Shown piece by piece: positions 39,536 through 52,872 of a stretch of DNA of 64,000 nucleotides. The stretch spans positions 1-64,000 of the forward strand of contig JALMLS010000579.1 in NCBI GenBank assembly GCA_038496445.1, written 5' to 3'. The notes beneath the pieces were generated by a model. The model searched no databases. It was given only the letters and a program-made list of their open reading frames with translations, and had not been told where the DNA came from. The first letter of the stretch is position 1; every line of letters begins with the position of its first letter. The translations under genes and the position numbers were made by a program. This DNA is from Trichosphaerium sp. ATCC 40318 (Eukaryota > Protista > Tubulinea).

Positions 39536-40211
39536 AGAGTAGAGTTGTGGCTGTTTAACACAGGCTTTGCAAAACTAACATTAAGTTTGGGCTTAAATAA
39601 GTCATTTGGATCTTTATTGGGTAAGCTGATAATTTCGGACCATTGCCGATAGTATACAAGCAAGACTTGTCAGCTAAGCTTGGAACTATACTCCACCAAT
39701 ACTTCGTGTGGTTACGACTTACTAGTACAAACTGTTACAACGTTCTTAGTGTGGTACATCATTATCTTAACACAATATTGCGGCTGGATCTATTCATGTG
39801 TACTATTTAATAACGATTATGACGAAGTACACGCGATACTAGACAACCCACACCGCATTTGGAGAGAATTTGGTAATGTTGTCTATCAGCGGCGTCATAG
39901 TGAAGTGCGGGTTTCAGCTGAAGTCCGAAAGTTGTTTCGAAAAAAAAAAGTACCGAAAACAATTATTGGACTGCTTGCGCTCAATCGCCGCGCTGGCTGT
40001 GCAATTTATTTGCTCAGACACCAATGTCGTTGACTTAAATCCCGCTAGTTGCGGCAATTAATAAAAACACAATATCTCGCTTTACCACGTGCCCGTAACT
40101 TCGAACCAGATGTGTGAATTGCCGAGCCGTTTGTTTTATATGCAATGGTTATAAAGAACATACATCTAAGTGTCTTTTTATGGTTTACATTTTATTATGT
40201 ACAAAGTATTG

Positions 40212-41351
40212 TTAAGTATTTAAAATAAGCTGTTTTGTCATATCAATAATTTGCCTAATCACGTGGTAAGTAGTTTGAAGTATACGAAAAAAAAAAAGTT
40301 TCAAAAAACTTGCTTTTGTGTACTGCGTTTACTGGTAGCAAACTGGCTCCATTTCCATTCAATAGAGGTATGTAGATACTGTAAGCATTTAGGGTATTGA
40401 GGTATTATGCCACCGCCTCCAATATCCCTTATTTGAACTTCAGAAACCCGATACCTACATTGTAATCAATTTTTCGTTTTATATTACAAACATACCAATC
40501 CAGAGGTTCTTCAATCTTAAGTTCTTTTTCAGCTCTAATCAAGAACTTCAAAACATTATCTTTCTTCGTCCAATGCCTTGAAGGGGCCTTTCTGTGCGTA
40601 ATAATTAGCACAAGTTAACATTGAAAAAAGAAGTTGAATCCCAAAAAAAAAACTCAACAAACTGTCGCGTACTCAAAGTAATGAGGATGCCACTCATGGT
40701 TAGGGTATACCTTAGCTAAGGCTTTAGGAACAGACCCTCCATAGCTTATATAATGTTAATAAAGGCACAAAATAAATCAATCTTTGTACTATTTTGTGAC
40801 AGTTTCTCCAAGTCCGAGATAAAACACTTGTGCTCTCTTTGTAAAATACCAATCGTCCAGTACTTTCAAGTTAAGGCTCTGCGCTACCTCGTCAAAGAGT
40901 ACAACGTGCCTCTGAGCGTAATCTTACAAACTTCGTTAACGACTTTTTATGGATTAATTAAATTACCCGCTCTATGGCGTAGTGGCGTTTGTGAAGCTGC
41001 AGTAGTAGATTTGCGTCTGTATGAAATGAATAAATACCTAATACACTAATACACTAATCTAACTTGCTTGAATGCTTCTTCTATCCATTTTGCCTCGTAG
41101 TATATCGTTTTGAGCGCCTCAGACAAAGAATAATCATACTGTGATAAAATGCCGTCACCACCATGTTTACGAGCAGATAAACTGCTCACATGATACCAGT
41201 CTGATAAACAACGAACTCCCAGCCTTTCACCAAGTACAGTGTCAAAAAATCGTCTTTGAAAGCTCAAATCTTTAGCAACACGCGCTATTGGCCCTTTGGA
41301 GAAACGTATTTTTAATTTCTGTAAAACAGCGCGCTTACTGACTACAGCCAT
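40212..41351 (-). CDS. Uncharacterised protein with ~70-aa 'DWY..GG' helical repeats, multi-exon
   Basis: Three units of pattern R.FFD.LG..LG+...DWY.V....+...GG.G+L..Y..SL..AL..+YP...W. Basic presequence-like N-terminus. The last intron is GC-AG. Confidence 0.65.
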
Positions 41352-41507
41352 CTATTTACGCTATAGCATACCAAGTTACGCATACGCGAACAAGGATAAT
41401 TACAAATACCCGTGTTGACGTAGTACATAATCGGTGTTTCGTTAGCAACTCTAAAACAACCACCACACAACCCAACACTGTTATGAACGCGAAATAAGAT
41501 ACTTACA

Positions 41508-44500
41508 ATGCTTACCGCTCGTCTACACGCAAGATCACAGCTCTTATTGTCTACAGTTCACGCACCACGCAAAATACACAAATCGGAGGTTTCTACCAAG
41601 CGAAAGCAAGTTCTAACCGGTGAATTTACAGTTCGCTCTAAATCAACGTACAATACATTATGTGCGGCTCTAGCAACTCGCCACTACGCAAACCGCTCAT
41701 CCACGCACTTGTATTCGCCCGTTGCAAGACATTTTGCTCCGTTACACTTACGGCGTTCTTATTGCTCCGTTCCAGAGTACTACTACCATTGCTATTTATC
41801 CTGACAACTGGTAGGCCTAAAGAGAAAACAACGACAAGACACCAGAGAAATCTGCCAAGAAAACTTTCATCGAAAGCACTTTCAAGCGCATGTTTGGCAT
41901 TGAAATGAAGGAAAAAGAGGAAACTGAGGAAATGCCAATTTCAAAAACAGTGACAGCGCGCAGGTTCGTTACCCATGACACTTTGAACGCACTCTATGCA
42001 ACCTGCCATCATTTTTGTATGCTTGTAAGGAGCAATCATGCTAATGAGGCCTTAGATTGCTTAAAATGGTACGACCAGAAGCTAAATATATTGGTATGGG
42101 CATGGCAGCGCTTGTTGTATCAACAAGTGCAACACTTGTCTTCCCAGCAGCAATGGGTAGAATCATTGACCTTATTACAACTACTGGTGGAAGTACGATG
42201 CTTACAACAACATTTGTGGGCCTTGGCACGGTGTTTGTTGCCGGAGCAATCGCGTCTTTTGCACGATTGGTACCAACAATTTTTTTTTCCCTTTTTTTTT
42301 TCAGACATGTTTTCCCTTAGTTGTCGTTTCTTAATGAGCATGAATAGGTACTTTTTAATTTGGTATCTGAGCGTGTTATACGTAGCCTTAGAAAAGATCT
42401 ATATAAGAAGCTACTAAGCCAAGAAATTGCGTTTTTTGATGACAGGAAAACTGGAGAACTAATTAATCGTCTTGCCAATGATACCAACCAAATGAGCAAA
42501 CAACTCATTCAAACATGTGGTATAGGTGTTCGTAGAATCCTAGAAGGAACAGGTGGTCTTGCAGGTACACAACACTTCGAATCATTCGAGTTTCAAGACA
42601 AATTTGGTGCCTCTTTTTTTAGGGAAACAATTTTTTGTTTAATTTAAGTTCTGTTTTGCTGGTCTGGTGATGTTAATGCACTATTTAGTTCTCCTCTATA
42701 TGGCACCTAAACTTACACTAACAATGCTCGCTGTTGTTCCAGTAGTTGCGTTTGGCGCAGTCTACTTTGGACGTATAATAAGACGTCTTTCAACTCTTGC
42801 TACAGATGCCTCTTCACGTGCTACTGCAGTAGCAGAGGAACGCATAAATGCACTACGTACTGTGAGAGCGTTTTCACAGGTACTGAATAACCGAGAGGAC
42901 TTAAATTGATTAAAATTTCACTTGTTCTTCGGTTTTACAAAAAATCGTTTTAATGACTTTCTTTGTTTTTAGGAGAAGTTTGAGCTTTCTAGATATGAAG
43001 ATAAAGTTGACGATGTTTTCCGACTTTCTCTTAAGATGGTCCTAGCACATGGTGGGTTTGTTGGAAGTATAATGCTTGCAGTACAACTGGTATGTCAGGT
43101 CTTTTTCACAAAAATCCTAATGACGTGTTTTAGTCCATTTTGCTTGTCATGTATCATGGATCCTCTCTTGTACTTGCTGGTGAAATGACAACAGGAGATC
43201 TTACATCATTCTTGCTATACAGGTACGCTACCACTTTATAAATGCCAATAATTCTAACTTATGTAAAGCTTTTATGTTGGTTTCGCTGTTTCAGGAGCAA
43301 GTAACTTTTTCCAAGAGTTCATGAAGGCTCTCGGAAGCAGCCAGCGTGTATTTGAATTGATGGATAGAATGCCAGCAATTAAACACGCTGAAGGAACCAG
43401 ACCAGAAAAAATTGAAGGCACGTGATTGTAGCAACTGTACCAAGATGAATTTATTTCATTTTTTTATTAACGCCAAGATTTAGGTCTTATCGAGTTTAAG
43501 AATGTCGATTTTGCATTCCCCACACATAGCCAGATATCTGTGCTTAAAGGTTTAACCATGACATTGAAACCAGGACAATCTCTAGCCATTGTAGGCCTTT
43601 CTGGTACGCTTATTTATCATTGTTTTAAAGCCAAGTTGTTTTGTAACATTGTGTTTAAGGTAGCGGAAAATCTACTATTATGGCGTTATTACAACAATTC
43701 TATAACCCAGATAAAGGTGTTATAACTATTGATGGCCTTAATATTGACGATATGGATATGCAATTTGTCCGTGAACGTTTCTTTGGATGTGTTCCTCAAG
43801 ATATTGTTCTTTTTGGAGGGACCATTAAAGAGAACATTATGTACGTCTTATTATATAAATTGTTACTTGTTTATCTTACACATTTATTAAAAGGTACGGT
43901 AAAACAAATGCTACAGATGAAGAAGTGATTGAGGCAGCAAAAAAAGCAAATGCGCACAGCTTTATTTCAGGTTTTAAAGATGGATATAACACAGTTGTTG
44001 GCGAGCGTGGAACAACTCTAAGTGGTGGTCAAAAACAGGTACGTATTTAGCATATCCCCGTAACCGCATAATATCCTTTTATCGTCATGTTGCAACAAGC
44101 TGAGGTCAAAAGGCCTTTGACAACTTGTTGACTCAATGCGAACTTTAAAGGAATAATTTGTCAATTTGGTTTTGTTCCATGTTGTATTACGATTAATTCT
44201 TTATTTAGCGTATTGGTATTGCTAGAGCTCTAATAAAGGAACCGTCTATACTATTATTAGATGAAGCTACATCAGCTTTGGACGTTGAAAGTGAGTACTT
44301 GGTTAAACAAGCTTTGGAGAATGTTATGGCAAAGTCAAAGCAGACTGTTATGGTTATTGCACATCGTTTAAGTACCATTCAAAATGCTGATGTTATATGT
44401 GTACTGCATGATGGTCATATCAAAGAACAAGGTACAGCCAAACAACACAAAAAGGGACAAAAGCCACGCATTATAGTAGCTGCTTTTTATTCTTGGTTTT

Positions 44501-44648
44501 TTCTTCTTTTTTTTTTTGCGATTTTGATGTTTCTCTTGTTGTGCATTTAACCTTAGTATTTCTAGGTACATACGCTGATCTTATGAAGAAAGAGAATGGA
44601 ACTTTTAAGAAACTTGTCATGAAGCAACTCATGGTATTAGAAAAGTAA
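41508..44648 (+). CDS. Mitochondrial ABC half-transporter, ABCB10/MDL1-like, multi-exon
   Basis: Presequence, TM domain ([35 protein letters not shown]), Walker A GLSGSGKST, signature LSGGQKQR, Walker [12 protein letters not shown] and H-loop [12 protein letters not shown]. Confidence 0.93.
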
Positions 44649-45255
44649 AAAAAAACATTTCATTGTAAAATAATAACAAAAAAAACTTGAAAAAAATTTC
44701 AGTGTTGTTCCACTTAACGATTTCCGCTTTGCGTCATAAAAGCCGAATATGTCATTTTTTGGCACTGTTTTCGTCTTTTTTGCCTTTTGCTCACAACGCT
44801 CCTGAAACGCATACAAATAGTCGAACTTGGCTCTTCTACGCATGTAAAGCCCATACAGAGGCAGAAACATTTAACTGGAAGTCATGACTATAGTAAGTCT
44901 ATAACGGTAAACGCAGTGCTTAGAGTCCTAAAACCAGAGGGGTGTTACTGCAGTGTTTGTTGGTTCTAGTACGGAAAACATATAGAATAAACCGCAAACC
45001 GTTTTTTTTATTCCTGTACGTAATCAGTTTGCGTGTAACTTTGGCTATACTAACGTATAGTGAAATTTGTTTAGAAAACTCAACCAAGGCCTCCCGTCGG
45101 CGTTCAGTACCTCTCAAGAGTACGTAAAGGTATTAAAATCCCATATTCTATGTTGGTAGTTACTTTAGTACAACTGGTGTCAATCGCTTTTTTTCGCGTA
45201 GAAAACCACGATCTACCGGTTTTATTTTTTTTTTCTGTGATTGTTCGTTTAAAAC

Positions 45256-45380
45256 ACTGTCCCTGGAAGAGTTGAAGTCGAGACACACTGTCGAATCCAA
45301 ACAACCACGTATAAACGTATCAACCTCTAGAAGACTTGTGTTTTACTGTCCCTGGAAGAGTTGAAGTCGAGACACACTGT
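45256..45380. repeat. Two perfect 36-bp direct repeats with a 53-bp spacer
   Basis: ACTGTCCCTGGAAGAGTTGAAGTCGAGACACACTGT at 45256-45291 and 45345-45380. Confidence 0.92.
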
Positions 45381-45806
45381 TATTCCAGTGCACGTGATTT
45401 TTAATCTTATTGTACCTTATTTACACTCACGAACCAATACTTATGTTTCTTTAGATTGTTTAAACCCAAAGAGTCACATTTTGAGCTTTACAACCAGTGA
45501 ACAATTAGACTCTCATATTCAAACTCTTAGGATTTGTGAATTCCTTACATTTGTTTGTGTACGAGGGTCAGCGCATTAAAACAAACAACATGTCACGGCG
45601 TAGAAAAATTATAAAAATTCGTAAAAAACCCAAACCAAGGGCAGCAAATGAGCCACCTAAAGGTACCTTCATTAAAGTAAAACTGCTAATACAATAACCT
45701 GTTTAACAGTCTCCTCTTTGTGACTTAATTCAATTCACGAGACTTGATTGATCAATCAGAGTTTTTTTGGCTAAAATCAATTTACGCAACTTGTACTTAC
45801 ACCACA

Positions 45807-48448
45807 ATGGAAGCCGACAAAAAGTACCTCACAGAGGGTGAGGCTAGTGAGGCTAGTCATAATGATCTTAAACTGCAGTGTGAGGTTAGAGGGCTTTCAA
45901 AAACCGGTTCAAAGCCTGCGTTGGTAGCTCGACTTGTTGGTTCGTACTTTTTAATTCCTTGTGAACTTTTAGAACGATTTTTGCGTTTGTACGTTATTTT
46001 TTAACTTATCTTATTAGAGCATGATACTGCCCATAGTGATATAGAAGATTTAGCAATGCTACGCAATATCGTACCAACGGGTAACTTAGTCCTCGCCTAC
46101 AACACCATTAGCAAGCAGCTGGATCAATTCAATAATGATATGAAAGAGATAAAAGAAGACGGAGCGAAGAACCAAAAGATGATTGAGCATCTTCGCAAAG
46201 GGCATGAGAAAACTCAACAAGAGCTTGGGGAAACTCGACAAGAGCTTGGAGAAACTCAACAAGAGCTTGAAGAAACTCGACAAGAGCAACAAGATATTGG
46301 ACAAAAGCTTGAGGAAACTCAACAAGGATTGCATAGTATGAGTTCTCTGATACTTATTATGCAGCTTATCATGTTGGCATCTCAGTATAGAGATAGCAAA
46401 CTAACTATGCTTGTTGAAAAGGGTACGTTGTATTTCTAGTTATCCGTCATTGATTGATTGAATTCCTAATTTATTTTCCAGACTATGGTGTTCTTGGTCG
46501 CCACATAAGAGAGTATGTTGCAACCTGTGTTGCGTACTTTTTTGATGAAAGAGAAGCGAATGATGTTACTGACGAGGAACTGATACCCAACATCAAGTAC
46601 ATGAAGGCAACAGGAGATACTAAAAGTAAACCAGAAGCCGCTTTTACCAAGCAACTGGTTGGAATATTTTCTGACGGAAAAGGTAAACGACCTTCTGTAT
46701 TTCCATTCTTGGCGCCTATCAACACGCATGAGAAGTGTGTTCGGCAAAGTGGCCCAGATGTAAGGAAGTTTAAGCCAGATATTTCGTTCGTTGCTATAGA
46801 TGCTCAATTTGCAGAACTGCATACGTTACACATTGTAGTACCTATGGAGCTTAAAGGTACGCTAATTGTTTTTGCTTTTTTTTTGCTTGACACGTGATGA
46901 CATTTTAAATAATTTGCTTTACTTACAATTTTAAAGTTACTGCTTTGGATAGCGCCGCAGAAGGACAATTATGGAACTATATGCACCAGGTACAGTCCAA
47001 TTTTTGTTTTGGAACACGTTTTCTTTTTCAGTTCTTTACTGATTGTTTTCCAGATTATGCTTCGCCAGAAACTACGAACTAAGTGCTATGGCGTTCTAAT
47101 GAATAAAAAATATGTAATGTTTCTTAAAATGGAGATGCCTGACGGTGACCAGAAGCCACCAACGTACGTTTTTTGTTTACGTGTTAAAATCTTCGTTCTC
47201 AGCCTTTTATCTCGTTCTAGCTATTCCTTCACAAAAAAATATCCTCTATATGATGTTTGTAAATACAAATTAGCTCACAGAGACGAATTCGAGGCTAATT
47301 ACGCTCTTGACAAACCATTTTACGGTCAAAAGTTGCTACGACACTTTTTGTCACAATCACCAAAGACTCTCGGTTGGGAAATACCACACTTTGAAATAAA
47401 AGGGAAGCGCTACACCCCACATACCGTCCTTGGTATGGGAGCCTCAAGGTACAATTTCATCTCACTTGGAGTGACCCCTATCTAAATACGTGTTAGCATT
47501 GTGTATGGTATTAGCCGTATTGTAAAAGTGCCACCAAAAAGGCCAAATACTCGGGCAGCAGCAAGAAAGGCAAAAGAGTCAAGTGAACAACCAAAGCCAG
47601 TAAAAGAGCTCATTGCAGTAAAGTGCCTTCTTGAAGATACACCAAAGTTTCGTGCTATGTTGTTGCATGAGCGTGAGGTTCTCAAAGAGCTTAAAAAGTG
47701 TGCCTATACTCCCAATCAGGTACTATCAAAATGTTCCTTTTTTTTTTCTAACTTTGTTTAGATTTACACACCATCTGACATGTACTTCTTCATGAGTCCT
47801 GTGGGATTTCCTCTCAAATGCAGCCAATACACTTCAAACATAGAGTGGCTCAAACAGATTATAGATGGCCTAAAATTCGCACATGACCGTGGGATTGTTC
47901 ATAGGTATGTTTTTCCTTATTTTTTTTTTTACAACAAACTTACTCGCTGCAGGGACATATGCCCAGGTAATTTATTAGTTACGGCTGACTCTAATAAAGC
48001 TGTAATAATAGACTGGGGCGTAAGCACAAAAATTGACGAACTTGCAGTTGTAGAAGGGACGCTTTTGTATGCTCCACTCAATTTAGTCAAGAATTATGAT
48101 CCCGATCAAAAATACACAGTCGGACGTAATTACGACTTGCTATGCCTTGTTCAAGTAGTTATGTTCCATTCAAAGTTTACCAAAGAAGAACAAGACCATT
48201 TGATAAAATTGTACAAAGGTTGGGTAAACTTACGTACTGGAAACCCATCGAACCTTGAATGGAAGACCGAATATCAAATTCGTCAACAAATGGTTAAGCA
48301 ATGGCCACAACCTAATTGCTTGTGGCGTAACATATTTGATGCAGCTTATCAAACTAACTATGACGGACTGAAAAAAGCTTTTGCAGCAGTGATGATGCGC
48401 AAACGAAATGTAAAGTATGGCCTAAAACTATCAACATTCGGTAAATAA
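45807..48448 (+). CDS. Crinkler-type protein: SAP domain, coiled coil, PD-(D/E)XK nuclease fold, protein kinase; multi-exon
   Basis: SAP: DLKLQCEVRGLSKTGSKPALVARL. Heptad repeats follow. Nuclease fold: KPDISFV..VVPMELK..AEGQLWNY..Q..R..YGVL. Kinase: LGMGAS, AVK, E, HRDICPGN, DWG, GTLLYAP. Confidence 0.82.
46209..46326 (+). repeat. 21-nt coding tandem repeat (coiled-coil heptads)
   Basis: Units like GAAACTCAACAAGAGCTTGGA encode KTQQELG ETRQELG ETQQELE ETRQEQQ DIGQKLE ETQQ. Confidence 0.85.
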
Positions 48449-48462
48449 ATAATAGTATTTTC

Positions 48463-49310
48463 TCAGCGCCAGCACATGCTAGTGCTAAGATTATGTTTCC
48501 ATCTCCAGTTTGTGTATTTAGTGAAAACAGCATTGTCCAGTATTCTTACCAATATATGCTAATGTTATCATGTGCCCGTTGAAACCATTTGGCCTGCCAT
48601 CTCGATGAAGACTTGTTCAATAATATCTAACATAAACTGAAAGATTGAGAAGTACTGTAGATTTTTGGCTATTAAAGCTGTAAAATCTTCATCTTTAGGA
48701 GCTTGTTTTGATATCTCAACTAACTCTGCGTATGGCACTAAAGCATCACAATTCTCCTGCTTAATTTTGAAAATAAATTTATCAGTTTTGAAAATTAACC
48801 TTAGGTATTCCTTTGCAAGTTTGCACGCTGCTTTCTCGTCAATACAAAATATCATCTCAAAAGCTCTTATATTTATGCAATATTTACGGTAAATTTTGGC
48901 ATGTCTCGATTCAGCCCTGCCAAAAACGTAAAATGTAGAAGAGTGGCTGGAGCTGTAAAATCTGAAAGGTTAGTAAAAAGTGCAATTATTGCTATTACCT
49001 CCTTTCCACGCGTTCAGAACAGCCGTTGACTCAAATGGCAGCGGGTAGCTAAACTCAAGCACTCTTGGGTCAGTAACGTCTTCGATCTGTAGAATGTTAG
49101 CACCTTTTTCTGTGATGCTCTTGTCAAAGTCAAGGTAGTCACAGCAGGCTACAACGTCGAGAAGCAACAGATTTAAGTGTGGTAATAAATGTTTAGCGTA
49201 CAGTCTCTAGGTACAATGGCTTTGTTGTTGACGGCTGTGCGCAGTATTCATCGTATATTTCTGCTATCGGACGGCTGTAATTGTTGACAAGCCATACAAA
49301 ACCCATCTCA
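48463..49310 (-). CDS. Uncharacterised multi-exon gene, weak BTB-like segment
   Basis: ORF pieces 48970-49167 (LLDVVACCDYLDF) and 48568-48855 are joined by GT..AG introns. Start not resolved. Confidence 0.4.
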
Positions 49311-49810
49311 TGTTGTAAAACAATCAGAAAGCAATCAGCACTCTCTTTAGCGTCGATTTATGCTTGTTGAGCTGTTAGGATACTACTAGGCGCTACAAAG
49401 TTCCTTGATACGCTCAGTTCGGTTTTTTTGTCCTCTCCAACGAGCTTGTAGCATTTGCCTGTAAGAATGGAACGGTTGACGGTTGAATTCTCTCAGAGAT
49501 TTGACTTCTATAGACTTTTAAAGGTGTTTAACTCTATTTTTAGTTAGCGGTAAAGTTTTTCCAGATGGTTTGTGAGCGCATGTAACCCACTAGAGTATAC
49601 AAGCTATCAAGTAATGCATCCTTATGGAGTACTTTGTGGTACAGAAAGTCACGTGCTTTCTGCCTAATTGGGTTACGTTTGAAAAGGAGCTTAACGTTAA
49701 ATTACAATAGCGCAAAAGTGATCACGATACATTCAGTTTATTCGAGAGTCAAACATCTACTATTAATACAATAGGTTATTGTAACCAAAAAACTGTTTAT
49801 TTAGTCAAAC

Positions 49811-50946
49811 ATGAAAAGTGTCCCAAATCAGGTAAAGTGACCCAAATTGTTTTCACAAATGGAGCTCTATCCAAGCAAAACGAGGATACAAACAATGCGT
49901 ATGAAGGCGCATTTGGTAGGAGGATTTAGGATTGACAACATCTACAAATCTGCCCTTTGGCAGATTGGCTAACTGTGGTGGATCCCAATAATGTTGTCCT
50001 TTATTTATAAATAGTAGTAAAACACAATGAACGGACCCACAGGGCTGACACTCCAGAGTACTGGGATCCGCCTCAATTCGCTAATCCACCCAAAGGGTAA
50101 ATTTGTAGATGGTGTCATCACCCAAAATCTGCCTATCAAATACGTGGAAGGCACAGTAGGTGCCCAGTTGATCCCATTACAAGTTTTCCCAAATTGTGTA
50201 ACGACTTTAGAAAGTTCCGGCAAGGACGTCGTATGTACTTTAATGCGCAATCCAAGATACTGACTTTTGCTTAGACATCCACCAACGCTCTTTCACCAAG
50301 TAGGATACAGGAAGTCGAAGCTATGCACTGCAGAAGACAAGTACAAATGCAATCTCCAAGTCATCAACCTCAAGCATCAAGGTCTTGGTCATAAATCAAG
50401 GTGAGCATACGTTTGTTTTGTTTGTAGCACTGAGCTAACAAAAAGATCTCGGCCACAAATATCATCCTGAGTTTATCCTTGACGATGTTAGCGTGAAACA
50501 AAAAGTAATCTACTAGCAAAAAAATAAGGCACAAAAATCACGTGATTTAGCTTTTTGTTTATTTAACTAGCGTACATTATCAACGAGGCGCAAGTTCTCC
50601 AAACTACAACCAAGAATAGCGGAAAGGTACGTACAAGCATACCATGTGTTTTGTACAGCTTGAGAATCTAAAACCGAAAGCCAAAAATCACAGCAAAAAG
50701 CTGTAACTGTAGAACGCAGTACAAGGCACGCGGTTCTTTGTTTACACTAGTTCAAGCTACTGTTTTGTTCCAGGGTCTGTTCCAAAGGATGTTATACCAC
50801 CGAAGAAGCGCAAGGCCAACACACGCAAAAGAAATTAGCACCAGAGGAACAGTCTGTTCGATCAAATTTTTTCTGTTTATTATTGTCAGTCAAATTGGTT
50901 CTATCCGTTCTTTGTCTAAAAAAGCGCAAGTGTTCACAGAACAATG
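49811..50946 (+). CDS. Possible uncharacterised spliced gene
   Basis: Coding-like segment 50027-50230 and further short GT..AG-bounded segments. No motif recognised. Confidence 0.3.
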
Positions 50947-52872
50947 ACAAACAGCACGGTCTAAAACAAGTGCTGTACACGTAAAAAACTAACTAGCAAA
51001 CAGCCACACCTGCTTTTGCATTTCCAACAACAAAGTGCCCGAGTAACATTTGCATTATCTCCTTTTTCTCTTGAATACTGGCTAACTCCAACTTTCTCTC
51101 TAAGCATCAAAGATCGCCTTGCAATCTTTATCCAACCCCTCAACCAATTGTATATGACATAGGCAGCGCAATGCTCAATGGAATGGTTACAACAAAAAGA
51201 TAGAATAAACCTGCAGTTTCAGTAAGCATCAAGAACTCAAGTTATCTTACGCTCAACCTCCGATAGACACCTGTTGCTCAACTTGTATCTTCTTACCTCA
51301 ATGACATACAAAATTGCGGCCACAGCTACAGCAGTACAAAATGCTGCTATCACTATTACAGCACGTTGACGTAGCTTCTTCATTATTCGTAGTCATATTG
51401 ACATCTACTTTATGAGCTTAGTGCAGTGCCTCAGTCTTCTCCAAATACCGTTGTTGCAATCTTACCAATAGGAACATAAGGTGCTACATCAAGTGCTTGT
51501 TTTCTACAAACTGCGTAGTAGCTTTGATGATGCAAAGGAATGAGTTTAGATATCGACAACATTAAGAATAGCCAAGTATTGTGAAATCACTGTACATTAG
51601 TGCTTTTGCGGGAGCTGGACTTGCGTTCAATAAAACAGCGAGTGTTTTAAATGATGTGATACGAAATATTCAGTTTAAACTCAAAAGAACAACACTTACT
51701 TAGCACAAGAGAACAACATACACGTAGCCCGAAAAACTGCCAATATATGATTGTTGTCGGGTTTTGCCGACAATAATTCTCACGTTACATGGTACCATTT
51801 ACATCAGTTCTAATATACTCAGCTACTTTTTTAAGCAATCTGCGTCTTTGATAAAGCAGAACTTTGTGGCACACAGTACACTTTTTATTCTTGCTTGAAA
51901 GCATATCAAACCCTGTAACAGTATTCAATGTCTTGGATATTCATGGCACGAAAGCCTTTCAACGCGGAGTATCATTATAATAATCAAATAGTGCACTTTA
52001 AAGCTAAATCTGTTTTTCTATTTACTCCGCTTCTGTAAACATTCTGATTGCTTTAGTTTTGACATGTTTAGGTTTGTAAAGCTATGTTGATGTTGTTTGT
52101 GAATTAAATCTAACCCTGGAAAACCCTGGAATAAACGCTAGCCGCAACCATTACTCCGCTGCTGTGCGCTAGCTCTTCAATGTTTTGATTCACCTACAAA
52201 GTCTACTTATAACCAGCAAACTCAAAAAAGCGTGATAATAATAATCATGATGTGGTTTGATGTATTTTCGCGACCCAATCCCAAGAGCTATCTACAGCTC
52301 TACAACTGTCTGTCAAGTTGCTGCAGAATCATATGTAACTGCTATAATAAAAGTTTCGCTTTACGTCATGTCGCGACTGCCAGAAACACAATCTCAAAAT
52401 TCTCCGCAGTTACTTATGTTGCCTAACATAGTGTAAAGTTCGAGGTAAGTATTTGGAGGCTAAGTACTGGCGTCAAAGTTGTTACGATAACAAAAAGTGC
52501 AAAGGAAGTACTTGTACGAGAATGATGTTATCTTTGTTACAGGTTGTGATTCAATCGACAAGGCGAGAAAACGAACATATCTTGTTCTGAGTGGTAACAA
52601 CGTAGTGTGCCGGAGATTATTTTATTTGTTCAAGAACGATTGCTCGTATTCTATGTGAAAGCTTTTATAGCTTTATGTGCTACCTAGTGGTAAGCAGATG
52701 TGCATGAGGTAGTCAACTAAATCGGTAAGTGCGGTAAAACAGAAATGCCGCCACGATTACAACACAGTTTGCATCACGTCATACTGTACACAAACCACAG
52801 TAAAGCTGGCTTAAACATCATAAAGTATATCATTGGAACAGTAAGGATCAACTCATTACGCAATATACTCTG

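Noticed and set aside
39985-40056. GC-rich hairpin resembling a tRNA
   Set aside because: No convincing D-arm, anticodon arm or TTCRA loop.
44637-45120. Small minus-strand gene downstream of the ABC transporter
   Set aside because: Exon-like pieces exist, but no consistent start, frame or motif could be established.
45256-45380. CRISPR array
   Set aside because: Only two repeats, no cas genes, and an intron-rich eukaryotic context.
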